Positions 26,501 to 48,262 are shown, counted from the first letter of the stretch. The stretch is DNA of 64,000 bases from Tubiluchus corallicola (GCA_030141605.1 JAQGDQ010000738.1:40331-104330); one strand, 5' to 3'. Program-made: numbers and translations. The notes: generated by a model from the letters alone, not told the origin.

Positions 26501-28045
26501 AAACGCTCAAGTGAACACTGATAATAGTTTAAACGCTCAAGTGAACACTGATAATAGTTTAAACGTTCAAGTGAACACTGATAATAGTTTAAACGTTCAA
26601 GTGAACACTGGTAGTAGTTTAAACGTTCAAGTGAACACTGATAATAGTTTAAACGTTCAAGTGAACAGTGATAATAGTTTAAACGTTCAAGTGAACACTG
26701 GTAATAGTTTAAACGTTCGAGTGAACACTGATAATAGTTTAAACGTTCAAGTGAACCCAGATAATAGTTTAAACGCTCAAGTGAACACTGATAATAGTTT
26801 AAACGTTCAAGTGAACACTGGTAATAGTTTAAACGTTCAAGTGAACACTGATAATAGTTTAAACGTTCAAGTGAACACTGATAATAGTTTAAACGTTCAA
26901 GTGAACACTGGTAGTAGTTTAACCGTTCAAGTGAACACTGTATAGTTTAACGTTCAGTGAACACGTATAGTTTAACGTTCGAGTGAACACTGTAATAGTT
27001 TAAACGTTCAAGTGAACACTGGTAGTAGTTTAAACGTTCAAGTGAACACTGGTAATAGTTTAAACGTTCGAGTGAACACTGATAATAGTTTAAACGTTCA
27101 AGTGAACACTGGTAATAGTTTAAACGTTCAAGTGAACACTGATAATAGTTTAAACGTTCAAGTGAACACTGATAATAGTTTAAACGTTCAAGTGAACAGT
27201 GATAATAGTTTAAACGTTCAAGTGAACACTGATAATAGTTTAAACGCTCAAGTGAACCCAGATAATAGTTTAAACGTTTAAGTGAACACTGGTAATAGTT
27301 TAAACGCTCAAGTGAACCCAGATAATAGTTTAAACGTTCGAGTGAACACTGATAATAGTTTAAACGTTCAAGTGAACACTGGTAATAGTTTAAACGTTCA
27401 AGTGAACACTGATAATAGTTTAAACGTTCAAGTGAACCCAGATAATAGTTTAAACGCTCAAGTAAACACTGATAATAGTTTAACTGTTCAAGTGAACACT
27501 GATAATAGTTTAAACGTTCAAGTGAACCCAGATAATAGTTTAAACGCTCAAGTGAACACTGATAATAGTTTAAACGTTCAAGTGAACACTGGTAATAGTT
27601 TAAACGTTCAAGTGAACCCAGATAATAGTTTAAACGTTCGAGTGAACACTGATAATAGTTTAAACGTTCAAGTGAACACTGGTAATAGTTTAAACGCTCA
27701 AGTGAACACTGATAGTAGTTTAAACGCTCAAGTGAACACTGATAATAGTTTAAACGCTCAAGTGAACACTGATAATAGTTTAAACGTTCAAGTGAACACT
27801 GGTAGTAGTTTAACCGTTCAAGTGAACACTGGTAATAGTTTAAACGTTCGAGTGAACACTGATAATAGTTTAAACGTTCAAGTGATCCCAGATAATAGTT
27901 TAAACGCTCAAGTGAACACTGGTAATAGTTTAAACGCTCAAGTGAACACTGATAATAGTTTAAACGTTCAAGTGAACACTGATAATAGTTTAAACGCTCA
28001 AGTGAACACTGATAATAGTTTAAACGCTCAAGTGAACAGTGAACA
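23557..28045. repeat. 30-bp satellite, ~150 copies
   Basis: unit aagtgaacactgataatagtttaaacgttc. Confidence 0.97.
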
Positions 28046-28476
28046 TTTTGCCACGTTTTCTGCAGAAATTTTTGTTTCAGAGTCTGACATTTAAACTTAG
28101 CTGTTATTAGAGTTGTGTATGTACATTATCTCTCACAATATTTCACTAAAATTTACTGGATGTGGCCTGGAAAATCCCTGAAATGAATCCAGAAGATTCA
28201 CTCAACAATTTTCGTAAGAAACAGAGCACTGAAACGATGATTAGCGGTTGTACGACTTAATTTCTTTACTACCTATTATTGATGTCACAAGTATTTTTAT
28301 TATTATAATAAATAAAAGTTAATTATTACATTAGAATATTTTGTTTTCTTTCGGGATCTTTGTTTTACATATATATATTTATGTACCTAAGTACATTGTA
28401 CATGCGTACAGAAATAATAATACATAACACATTTTATTGTGAGATAAGTGTAAATTCGATACATGTGTTAAGGTCA

Positions 28477-28767
28477 GTTTCTGGCCTTACCATGTAGGTG
28501 GCAGCACCTATGTCAACTTATCTATAATTTAACCTGTGAAGTTGTAAATTAGGTTGAGCCTCACCAAACACACGTTTCTGGCCTTAACATGTAGGTGGCA
28601 GCACCTATGTGAACTTATCTATAGTTTAACCTGTGAAGTTGTAAATTAGGTTGAGCCTCACTAAGCACACGTTTCTGGCCTTTAACATGTAGGTGGCAGC
28701 ACCTATGTGAACTTACCTGTAATTTTACCTGTGAAGTTGTAAAGTAGGTTGAGCCTCACTAAACACG
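28477..28767. repeat. ~97-bp tandem repeat x3
   Basis: gtttctggcctt..catgtaggtggcagcacctatgt x3. Confidence 0.9.
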
Positions 28768-29199
28768 CTTACAGAAGCCTCAGTAAACGTTAAATAATAT
28801 TAAGATAAATTTTCAAGTAATTATTTGTAGCGTCTTTACCTGATTTGCTGTAAACCAGTATGACGTTCCAAGGATGTATTAAGTTGTTATAGCCACACGA
28901 TGTGAGTAATATTTACTTTTATTGTCTTAAATTATAATTATTAGATCATTATACATTTGTAAGCAGTGAAAGCAGTCAAATTTATTATTTTCATTTTTTT
29001 ATATACAGAAATAAAGATTTCTGAGAGCACCATGTGCTATGAAGGAAATTCTTTTGTGTTCCCGTCACAACATGAAAAGCCTACATCGTGAAAATGTTAT
29101 TAAAATTGATTACTATAGTCACCGTTAATGATATCATCCTCAGAATATATTGGTTAGATTTAACGAGAGTGTCTCCCAGACGAAATGTCACATCACTGA

Positions 29200-30330
29200 T
29201 GTCGTCATAGTCGCCACTGTTGTGCACGTGTCGTCGTAGTCGCCACTGCTGTGCGCTTGTGTCGTCGTAGTCGCCACTGCTGTGCGCATGTGTCGTCGTA
29301 GTCGCCACTGCTGTGCGCATGTGTCGTCATAATCGCCACTGCTGTGCACATGTGTCGTCATAGTCGCCACTGCTGTGCGCATGTGTCGTCGTAGTCGCCA
29401 CTGCTGTGCACATGTGTCATCGTAGTCGCCACTGCTGTGCACACGTGTCGCCATAGTCGCCACTGCTGTGTGCATGTGTCGTCATAGTCGCCACTGCTGT
29501 GCACACGTGTCGTCGTAGTCGCCACTGCTGTGCACATGTGTCGTCATAGTCGCCACTGCTGTGCACATGTGTCGTCATAGTCGCCAATGCTGTGCACACG
29601 TGTCGTCATAATCGCCACTGGTGTGCACGCGTGTCGTCATAATCGCCACTGCTGTGTACATGTGTCGTCATAATCGCCACTGCTGTGCACACGTGTCGTC
29701 ATAATCGTCACTGCTGCGCACGTGTCGTCATAATCGCCACTGGTGTGCACGCGTGTCGTCATAGTCGCCACTGCTGTGCACATGTGTCGTCATAATCGCC
29801 ACTGCTGTGCACATGTGTCGTCATAATCGCCACTGCTGCGCATGTGTCGTCATAATCGCCACTGCTGTGCACACGTGTCGTCATAATCGCCACTGCTGTG
29901 CACATGTGTCGTCATAATCGCCACTGCTGTGCACACGTGTCGTCATAATCGTCACCACGTGTCGTCATAGTCGCCACTGCTGTGCACATGTGTTGTCATA
30001 ATCGCCACTGCTGTGCACATGTGTCGTCATAGTCGCCAATGCTGTGCACACGTGTCGTCATAGTCGCCACTGCTGTGCACATGTGTCGTCATAGTCGCCA
30101 CTGCTGTGCACATGTGTCGTCGTAGTCGCCACTGCTGTGCGCATGTGTTGTCATAATCGCCACTGCTGCGCACGTGTCGTCATAATCGCCACTGCTGTGC
30201 ACATGTGTCGTCATAGTCACCACTGCTGTACACATGTGTCGTCGTAGTCGCCACTGCTGTGCGCATGTCTCGTCATAGTCGCCACTGCTGTGCACATGTG
30301 TCGTCATAGTCGCCACTGCTGTGCACATGT
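29200..30330. repeat. 31-bp GC-rich minisatellite
   Basis: unit gtgtcgtcatagtcgccactgctgtgcacat. Confidence 0.95.
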
Positions 30331-31329
30331 AATCTTTTGCTCCAATTTCGCATTGCATTCAGGTTTCAGCTGTCTCTGTGTTGCTATCTTAAAACTTGTT
30401 TTATTAAGCAAGTGAATTTGCAGCTAGTCTAGTAACGAGTTACCAGGTGAGGAAATTCTTTTAAATGCAATGCGGGTCACCACTGTGTACATAATACGAA
30501 TGACGTACAGGGCAGATTGTCTACACCCAGTTTCACTTCTTATCAAGTTGTTTATGCAATTTTTGGTACAGGAAAAGAGTCACGTGATTCAAGTGGTAAA
30601 ACTGAATGGCTGACTGTGCAAATTCTGTTCAAAATTTACTTTTTGCCAAGTTGTTTTTGCACATATAAAGTGTCACGTGATTCATAGTATGACTGCAGTT
30701 TGCGCAGATCCCGTAGAAAGTTTTGTTACAAAATGATGTAGAGAAATGGAACATAAGCTGCCAAACGTTTTTGTAAAAAGGGATGTGTTCAAATTTGGCG
30801 TTAGATTAAAAGTATTTAAGACCGAATCCTGTTTATTCATGAATCGTGATTATCCCGTTTGTTGTGGATGACGCATAGCTGTGGGCCAATGATATCACAG
30901 GCATAAAATGGCTTAAGCAAAATGTACGAACACGCCACACACAACAACCAACACACCACACAACACCAACAACCAACACACCACACAACACCAACAACCA
31001 ACACACCACACAACACCAACAACCACAAAAAAAAACAAACAAAAAAAAAAAAAAAAAAAAAAAACACCCCACAAACACTTCCTATTATTTTCGCAAACAA
31101 AAATGTAACCATGGCAGGAAAGTTTGTTGCACTTTTTAGTGCCAGTACTACCGCACTGCATGTTTTATTGGCTGTAAATACTTGTGGTGTACTAACATCA
31201 TAATATTAGCCTAAATGTAATAACTTTGTCAACTATTATGCTCAGAACAGTTACAGATTTTTACCCGACAATATAGATGAATTTGCCTGTCTAGCAGTTC
31301 ATTTGCATGAGTCTTGAATTAATTGGATC

Positions 31330-40296
<8,967 letters not shown>

Positions 40297-40585
40297 TATA
40301 ACTCTGCCAGGTACTTTCCAAGTGTTCCTGTGAAATGCAGTGCAGATTTTGAGTCTAGTCGTGGTCTCTGTCTCTCTCACAAGAAGTCTATGTAAGCCAC
40401 ATTGCGTCTAACTGTATAAATCATACAGAACAGAGAGCAGAAAAAAGAAACTGATAAAAATCTAGTATTTAAACAATGTGATCTTTACCCAGTCAGCTAT
40501 TAAACAGTAAACAAGCAGTGAAAGTTAGGCCTGCAAAAATTTAGCCGGTACATAAGATTAGGTATTATGCACTGTAAGTAGACGA

Positions 40586-40705
40586 TACTACGACCAAATC
40601 ACGTTGAAAACCCCAGTTCTAGTCTGATCACCGAAGTTAAGCAACGTAGAGCCTGGTTAGTACTTGGATGGATGACCGCCTAGGAATACCAGGTGCTGTA
40701 GGCTT
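40586..40705 (+). rRNA. 5S rRNA-derived sequence (pseudogene or head of a SINE3)
   Basis: 120 nt matching metazoan 5S (ctacgacca...gatcaccgaagttaagcaacg...ttagtacttggatgg.tgaccgcct.ggaatacc.ggtgctgtaggctt). The first two bases differ, there are several CpG-type substitutions, and no T4 terminator follows. Confidence 0.85.
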
Positions 40706-42262
40706 GCGGGATGCCAACACTGTATCACGACACTAGGCGAAAGAGCTGCACAAGCAGCCAACGGCTAGAGGGCGGAGGAGGTCAAGTGACCCAACGGCCA
40801 CGTGTAGAGGAGTAAACCTTCTGTTACGACTAGTGCAGATGGGGCAGGGCCTGACTAGATGTAAGGTAGTCACTGGAGATTCCTTGGCCAAGCAAAAAGT
40901 TTACATAAAATTTTACTTTAAAGAGGGATCTGCCCACAGACTCCAGATAGTGGCTTCGCAGCAAGGGTAGTCTACGGCGGGCGCTACCACTTCAAGATGG
41001 TCTTGGTTCTTGTGGGATTCTGTATTTGCACTTGTCGGTTAATTGAATTAAATGCAACAGGACAATGATGCAACAATAATAATCATAGTATACTGTAATC
41101 ACGTTTAATGACAAAACATTAGGCACGAAAATCAAAACGATGAAATACGCCGCTATTGCACAATATATCGAAACAAAACATTGGCAAAAATATCAGAAAA
41201 CGTTATTGGGCAAAATTGAAAGCAAAATTAAGCGATAGCACCAAAAATAAACAGTCTTGGTAATATTTCCATTGGACATAAGCTAAACTAACGGTAGCAA
41301 ATGTTCGTCTAAGGGCTTATCTTAACTACCAGCCACCCCTGGGGAAATGCTAGCAAGTTAAGGTGTTAAGTGTAGCATTCGGGGCTGTGACGTCACGTGT
41401 AAATTAGCAGCATCCAGGAAACATTTCGTTGCTAAACCTCATGCATAATTTCAATGTCTCACATGACTTCAACTCGTGTAGGATCACGTTCATATTGAAC
41501 ATTTATCAATTGTGAAAACCATTAGTCCATCTGTACCCATGACACGCTGCATAGTAAGGCAAAGAATAAATCAACTTACAGATCGGGATCCCGTGGGATA
41601 GTCTGAAGCTCTAGACAGCTCTTGCTGGCCTCAAATAAACAAGAGAACTGTTGTGTCCTTCTCGTCTATCGCTCAACCGGTAGTCCTCGAGCTACAAGTA
41701 CTATCACCATAACATCGGGTGCTTGGGAGTCCATTAACTGTCCAAAATCCTCACCCATCAACTATGACGGCAGCAATCCAGCAGCTGATACTGCGCATGA
41801 GCAGTACAACAAGGTATCCTTGTATTTTACGTAGCAAATGTTATAAACGTGAATCTAGGTTCACTTATTTACTATTTATGAGTAGTTATTGTATGTTACA
41901 TGAGCTGTAACTGTGCAAAATTTCTGTAAATGTTAATCAGTCACGAGGTACTCTTGCTTTTGCTATGGCATCTAATACTCAAATTAAGCAACTTGGTCAG
42001 TAAATGGATTAGTGACGTGAAAGGAAAACTATTTCTTTGAGATTTCATGCGCTATACTACCTTCGATAAACTTTACTTTGTCGAGGAATGAGCTGTCCCA
42101 CGCGCTTTCAACTCCGAACAAAGCTAGCATGTTTCTGCTAGGTTCGGCATCTCATCTTGGAGATTTTATTATTTTTAATAATTGTTAGTTCTTAAGCTAT
42201 AAACTTTCTCCACAACGGAGAGTAATGCCCGACTTCAACTTTCCGTTTTACTTAAATCATTT

Positions 42263-42870
42263 CATCAAGCAATTTATTTACAACATCTTAGGAACAGTCA
42301 TCAAGCAATTTATTTACATTGGAGAAAAATAATACCAAGTCAAAAACTCTTAATCAAGCTATTTATTTACAACATCTTAGGAACAGTCATCATGCAATTT
42401 ATTTACAACATCTTAGGGTCAATCAATTTATTTACAACATCTTAGGAACAGTCATCAAGCAATTTATTTACAACATCTTAGGGTCAAGCAATTTATTTAC
42501 AACATCTTAGGGTCAAGCAATTTATTTACAACATCTTAGGGTCAAGCAATTTATTTACAACATCTTAGGGTCAAGCAATTTATTTACAGCATCTTAGGGT
42601 CAAGCAATTTATTTACAACATCTTAGGAACAGTCATCAAGCAATTTATTTACAACATCTTAGGAACAGTCATCAAGCAATTTATTTACAACATCTTAGGG
42701 TCAATCAATTTATTTACAACATCTTAGGAACAGTCATCAAGCAATTTATTTACTTTGGAGAAAAAGAATATCAAGTCAAAAAACTTCAATTTACATTTCT
42801 GCACAATCACGTGATCATTCTATCAAGCAATTTATTTACAATGGAGAAAAAGAATATCAAGTCAAAAAAC
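42263..42870. repeat. 29/36-bp minisatellite abutting the truncated retrotransposon
   Basis: tcaagcaatttatttacaacatcttagg(aacagtca). Confidence 0.9.
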
Positions 42871-44061
42871 ACCAATTTCTATCATTTCATCAACCAAGTT
42901 CAAAAAAATTCACATAATGAGCTGTAGCAACCCTCCCAATCTGGAAAGCGTAGACGAGTATGTCGAACGTATTATTAATACTCTCGAGTCTACCACTGAA
43001 GAGGCCCATGAAGCACTTCGGGATGCCAAAATTTCCCAAAAGAAGTGGTACGACCGTGTGTCAAGAGATAGGAGCCATGAGATTGGAGACAAGGTATTAG
43101 TTCAACGTCTTAGAAAAGGAGGAAAAATGCAGGCTGGATGGAGAGGTCCCTATACAATAACAGATAAAGTGTCCGACTGGACTTATAAAGTCGATGTGGG
43201 TAATAGAGGCAGGCGACGAGATATCCGGTTGTTCCACGTTAACAAACTGAAACCTTACATACATCGTGAGGAGGAAATGATTTTGTTAGCTATGTGTGAG
43301 AATGACGAAAAAGGTGATGGTGACAATGATGACAATGTTGGTGATGAGTATGATGGTGCGGAAGATGAAGCTTATATTGGTGAAGGATTTATAGAGAGAA
43401 GTAACCTACCCGATTATGCCTTTCCTCCCACAGCCACAGCCACACAGTCAGTGAAAGATGTGGAATTGCCTGAGTATCTTTCAGATGATGCAAAGGAACA
43501 AATGCGTGCAATCTTTCAACTATATCCCAAAATGTTCACTGACTTGCCAGGCAGAACAACAGTTGTACGCCATCACATAAATTTAACAGACAAAACACCT
43601 GTACGTCTTCGCCCTTACAGATTACCCCAAGCACGGAAGAATATTGTGTGGAAAGAGTTGCAGGAAATGCTTGCGCTAGACGTGATACGCCGTTCTGAAT
43701 CTGATTATGCATCACCTATGCTACTCGTTCCCAAGCCGCAGGAACAATGGCGCCCATGCATAGATTATAAGCAGTTAAACAAACGCACATCCTTCTGTCC
43801 ATACCCAATGCCAAGGCCGGATGAAATCATTGACGATCTACACAACGCCGCATGGATATCTACTTTGGACACGACGAAAGCATACTGGCAGATAGAGTTG
43901 ACCCCAGAGTCGCAACCAGTGTCAGCATTCGTTACCGATTTTGGAAAGTTTGAATTTACCGTAATGCCGTTCGGTTTAGTCAATGCTGCCAGTACTGCCC
44001 AGTCATTAATGGACAGGATACTTGAACCAGTAACGGACAGTTCTCAAGGCTACATTGATGA

Positions 44062-45293
44062 GGACGACCAGAGAAGGACTTCTGGAAAAGACAGGCATCC
44101 TTGCAGAATTTTGTCGTGAGTCAGGAATGGTAATTAACGAATCTAAAACCAAATTTATGGTTATCAATGGTAACGAAAGGGATAAAAGGGTTATTATCCG
44201 CGAGAACATAGTAATTAGGATATGTGAGTATTACGTATATCTCGGATCTGTGTTCAGTGCTTCAGGAAAGTTACAGCCCTCACTGGAAAAACATTGCGAA
44301 GAAAAGTTTACCCATGTTCTTAAATATGTATCATTTGTGAACAAAAACTCACTATTCCCATTCTGGGTTAAGAAAAAAGTGATGGACGCGGCCCTGCTAT
44401 CATCTATTTTCTACAGCTGTGAGTTCTGGACGACTGGCAATCTTAAACCGATAAATGTGATGTACAATTCTGTGATTAAAGCATTGCTTGGCGTCAGGAA
44501 GACGACCGCTAATGACTTATGTTTAGTCGAGCTAGGATTACCTTCTGCCAAAGCGTACGTTCAAAATGTGTAATCAAAGTTCTTCAGACGGATAATCGAA
44601 TCGAGAGCCAACGAGTCCGACGACCCATTTTCAATAGTATGGAATTTGTGCTCAGAAGCGAACACACCATATGTACAATATGTGAAAGCTATCCTTCGTA
44701 AAACGGATATTATCTCTGACGACCTCGTGAACACAAAACAACATATCAGGGATTCCGAGAGAACTAAACTGTGCACCTATCGCTATCTGAATCCCGAACT
44801 ATCTGTCAGTGCAATGTATAGCGTTAAAGTAAATGAGCTCTATAGGATTAAAACATCTCGGTTACGCCTCTCCTCACATAACCTAGCTATTGAGACTGGA
44901 AGATGGGCAAGGATAAAAAGAGAGGACAGGCTATGCTCCTGTTCTGGCTTAAACATTCAAACAGAAGAGCATGTTATCTGTTTTTGTCCACTTACTAATC
45001 ACCTTCGTGAAGATAACACTGAACTGAGCTTCAACGTTTTACATGAATTTTTCAATGGAAACCCAAACTCATATTGTGAATTTGTAAATAACTGTTTAGC
45101 GATTTTTGGACAGTAATGATCATGTTAGGCGATAATAAGTGTGTAGTGAGAATGTGTAAATAATTCTTCAGTTATTTTTTTTGACAGTAATGATCATGTT
45201 ATATGATCAAAAGTCCTTTTTTGTAATGATCTATGGACTGAACCAAATGTTCGACTATCTCTTAATCAGTCAATAAACATATATATATATATA
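44062..45293 (+). mobile_element. 5'-truncated non-LTR retrotransposon (RTE-X-like ORF2 C-terminus) nested in the Gypsy RT
   Basis: GMVINESKTKFM, YVYLGS, RLSSHNLAIETGRW plus a C-terminal Cys/His finger; one in-frame TAA at 44571; AATAAA and (AT)n tail; Gypsy frame resumes at 45294. Confidence 0.88.
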
Positions 45294-46392
45294 TATAATT
45301 ATCAAGTCTTCCGACTGGTCGAAACACCTGACTCATGTCAAAGACACGCTTTCGAATGTGCGTAAAGCTGGTTTAACAGTAAAGCCGAATAAATGTCATT
45401 TTGCTTTACAAGAAGCGAATTTTCTTGGCTACGCGGTGGGAAAGAATAGGTTGAAACCACAACCCTCCAAGATACAGCGAATCCGTAACTGCTCGCGACC
45501 ATTGGACCAAGACACAGATTCGCAGATTTCTCGGGATGGTTGGATTCTATCGCAGATTCATTCCGCACTTCAGCACGATAGCAACCCCGTTAATCTCACT
45601 AACCGAAAAGTATGCTCCAGTTCAAGTAACCTGGTCAGACGCATGCGAGAAAAGCTTCCGTCACTTACAACAAGCACTTACATCAGACACAGTTCTTCAC
45701 TCACCCGATTTTAACAAACAATTCATATTAACAACTGATGCTAGCTTTGTAGGGATCAGTACTGTCCTATCACAAGACCGCGAGGATGGGTTAGGCGAAG
45801 TGCCGATTACCTACATTAGCCGTAAATTAACACAGACTGAAACACGATATTCAGTTGTCGAATGTGAGTGTCTGAGTGTAGTGTATGCTGTGGAAAAGCT
45901 CCGGTACTATCTCGAAGGTAGACAATTTATAATTAGGACAGATCAAAGGAGCTTACTTGCGCTTGACAAAATGCGCAAAAATAACAGGAGGCTTTGCCAT
46001 TGGGCGCTTAAGCTATCGGAATTTTCATTTACTATAGACCATATTCCTGGTTCGCAGAATTTGGTCGCGGATGCCCCCATCTTGCTTGAATTTGTTTTCA
46101 AATTTATATTCCTTATGTTTGAGTTATAGGTGTTCGTTCAGAATATGTAGTTTTGAATTAACTAAAGTGAACAATCTAGTTTTAATTGTTGAACTGCAAC
46201 TTTTGTTATAGTCAGATAGTGACTAGTCTGACTACTACAGTTTCGTACCTATCATTAATGCTATTGAATTTTGGATGATAGATTTTGTTTCATATGTTTT
46301 TGTGTATGCTCTCGTGCTTGCACGCTTGTATGCCATTTGAAATGTTTCTTGTACTCTTTGAATTTTGGTAAAATTCCTTTCTGGGGGAGCTC

Positions 46393-47575
46393 TGTGACAG
46401 CCCTATACAATAGTGCTCTCATTTTATCGTACTAATTAAATTTCTACAATTAAGCTTGCTAAGTTAAGAAGAGAAGCGCCAATGAGTTTAATTTTGTAGT
46501 GCTAAGTGAAAAGTTTATTTTGTTTATATATCTAATTATTATCTCTCAGGCTAGTATAGTAGTGCCATCTACTGTCAACTTTGTTTATCAAAGGAAGAAA
46601 CCAGGAACATGAACTTGGCAGGTGTGCTTCCTTATCTGCTACTCTTTATAACCTGTTTGATTGGTCAGGTTTAGGTGATGAACCAACCTTTACATTTCAT
46701 GCAGCCATTCAGCTGAGAGCAAACAGGTTGACCTGGAAAAACGAGGCCACAGAGAGTAGGGTGTGAAAAGTGTGGCTTTGCAATATGGTTGCTCTACTTG
46801 AGTTTTATCAATTCTTGGTTTAAAGGATAATATTGCATTTATTAATGGAATTTCCTCAGCAGAAACAGAGTACTTTTACAATGGATATACTCAGTCTTTG
46901 TGATCCTGGGCTGTCCGTTATTTAGGAAGCCCCTAGAGACTTTGCCGTTTATGGTGGAGGAGACCAGGTCGTGAAATGGACTATTGGTAGTTCTCAGAGA
47001 ACCCAGCCTGTGGTCAGTCTTCCTGTCAGTGTCTTCATATACGCCGGACTTGATACAGCGCATTCCTCAGTTGATGGAGTTAATGCCACGCCTGATGTCA
47101 CCTAATTGTCTGACCCTGAAGTTACCGTTTGGGAAGCCTGCCGTCAGACTGTTCCAGTACACGCCGCCGTCGACAGCGACAGTGACGAGGTTAAGCTAGC
47201 TAGCCAACGTGTGCACAGAGACTCACGATAAGTACAGTTTATGGTGTTTTGTGGTACATTTAAAAAATCCCGGGTAAAATTAAAGACAGTAGCTAAACTA
47301 TAATTTGTCGTATATATTTGTTTATTATTTCTCAAATGTGTTTTTCTTATGTTAAATAATATTGAGTTTATACCTAATTGGTCGTTTGTCTATCTGTTCT
47401 GATAATGTTAGATTCTCACGTTAAGGAAGCTCGCCAGGGACCCACAGCCTTAGATCAAATAAAACTTGCTGTTTCTTTAAGTATTTATGGTGTGTTAGCG
47501 CCAGTGGTCTAGTGATAATCTTACCATCCTGACATAAACACATTTACAGCATTTTAGGCCAAACGGATTATCACA
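46393..47575 (+). repeat. probable 3' LTR of the Gmr1-like element
   Basis: TGTGA just after the PPT, AATAAA at ~47458, TCACA at 47571-47575 (alternative end TGACA at 47534); right end uncertain. Confidence 0.55.
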
Positions 47576-47834
47576 TTGCCCAACAGAGAGCCCAAGTAAT
47601 GTTACAAGGAAGGCGTTCGTGGCCGTAAATGTGCTATTTGCATGTTACTTTCTTCTGTCCATAGCAGCAATAGCATATCTGCTACTTAGAAGAGCTTAGT
47701 TCTATGTTCATGTAATAATATGCAGTGACATTTTGGAAACGGCCACTTTAAAATAAATATAGCCAGCCTTAGCTAAAGCCATTATTATTTTATACACGAA
47801 AGAGCCTGCTTCAACGAAGCGACTTGTTTATTGA

Positions 47835-48262
47835 GCGACGATCGTTTCAAATACTATAGCTATTATGAAACTATAAACCAAGCCAAAAAATAAGAAAAAT
47901 ACATTAGTGATACAAAGGCAGATACTGAAAGTACAAAACAGCGGAATAGAATTTAAGTTATGAAAATAAACCAGATTGTAATGGAAGAAATTACAGAGAA
48001 ATGTAAAAAAATTTTGGACTTGGATTAATTGTTTACTATGTCTGCGTTTTGTTCTTTTCTTGTTCTCATCAGTTTGGTAAAAATTTTTGCATTTCCTTGC
48101 AATTTCTTTCATTACAACATCGTTTATTTTGATAAGTTAAATTCTAATCTGCCGCTTTCGAGTCTCAGCTTGTGCCTTTGTATCATTAATGTATTATTCA
48201 TTCTTCTTTTTTGGCATGATTTATAGTCTAATAATGGCTACAGTAGTCGAAACAAACGTCGG
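47835..48262. mobile_element. long-TIR foldback/MITE
   Basis: ~180-bp imperfect inverted arms, 47835-48016 and 48080-48262. Confidence 0.55.

Larger units (their letters stand above)
42917..47575 (+). mobile_element. 5'-truncated Ty3/Gypsy LTR retrotransposon, Gmr1-like (INT C-terminus, RT, RNase H, PPT, 3' LTR)
   Basis: GPY/F integrase tail (WRGPYTI...FHVNKLKPY) is in frame upstream of RT (PYRLP, WRPCIDY, LDTTKAYWQ, MPFGLVNA, YIDD). RNase H follows (LTTDAS, RYSVVECECL, RTDQ, NLVADA), with a frameshift near 45505. PPT gggggag at ~46383; LTR starts TGTGA at 46393. Confidence 0.9.

Noticed and set aside
23554-28094. Long ORFs of (VNTDNSLNVQ)n resembling ice-binding or solenoid proteins
   Set aside because: Stop-free only because the 30-bp unit is a multiple of 3. 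There are frameshifting deletions, no splice signals and no ATG, so this is satellite DNA.
40586-40705. Functional 5S rRNA gene
   Set aside because: Not in a tandem array, has altered 5' bases and CpG-type substitutions, and lacks a T-run terminator; treated as a derived copy.
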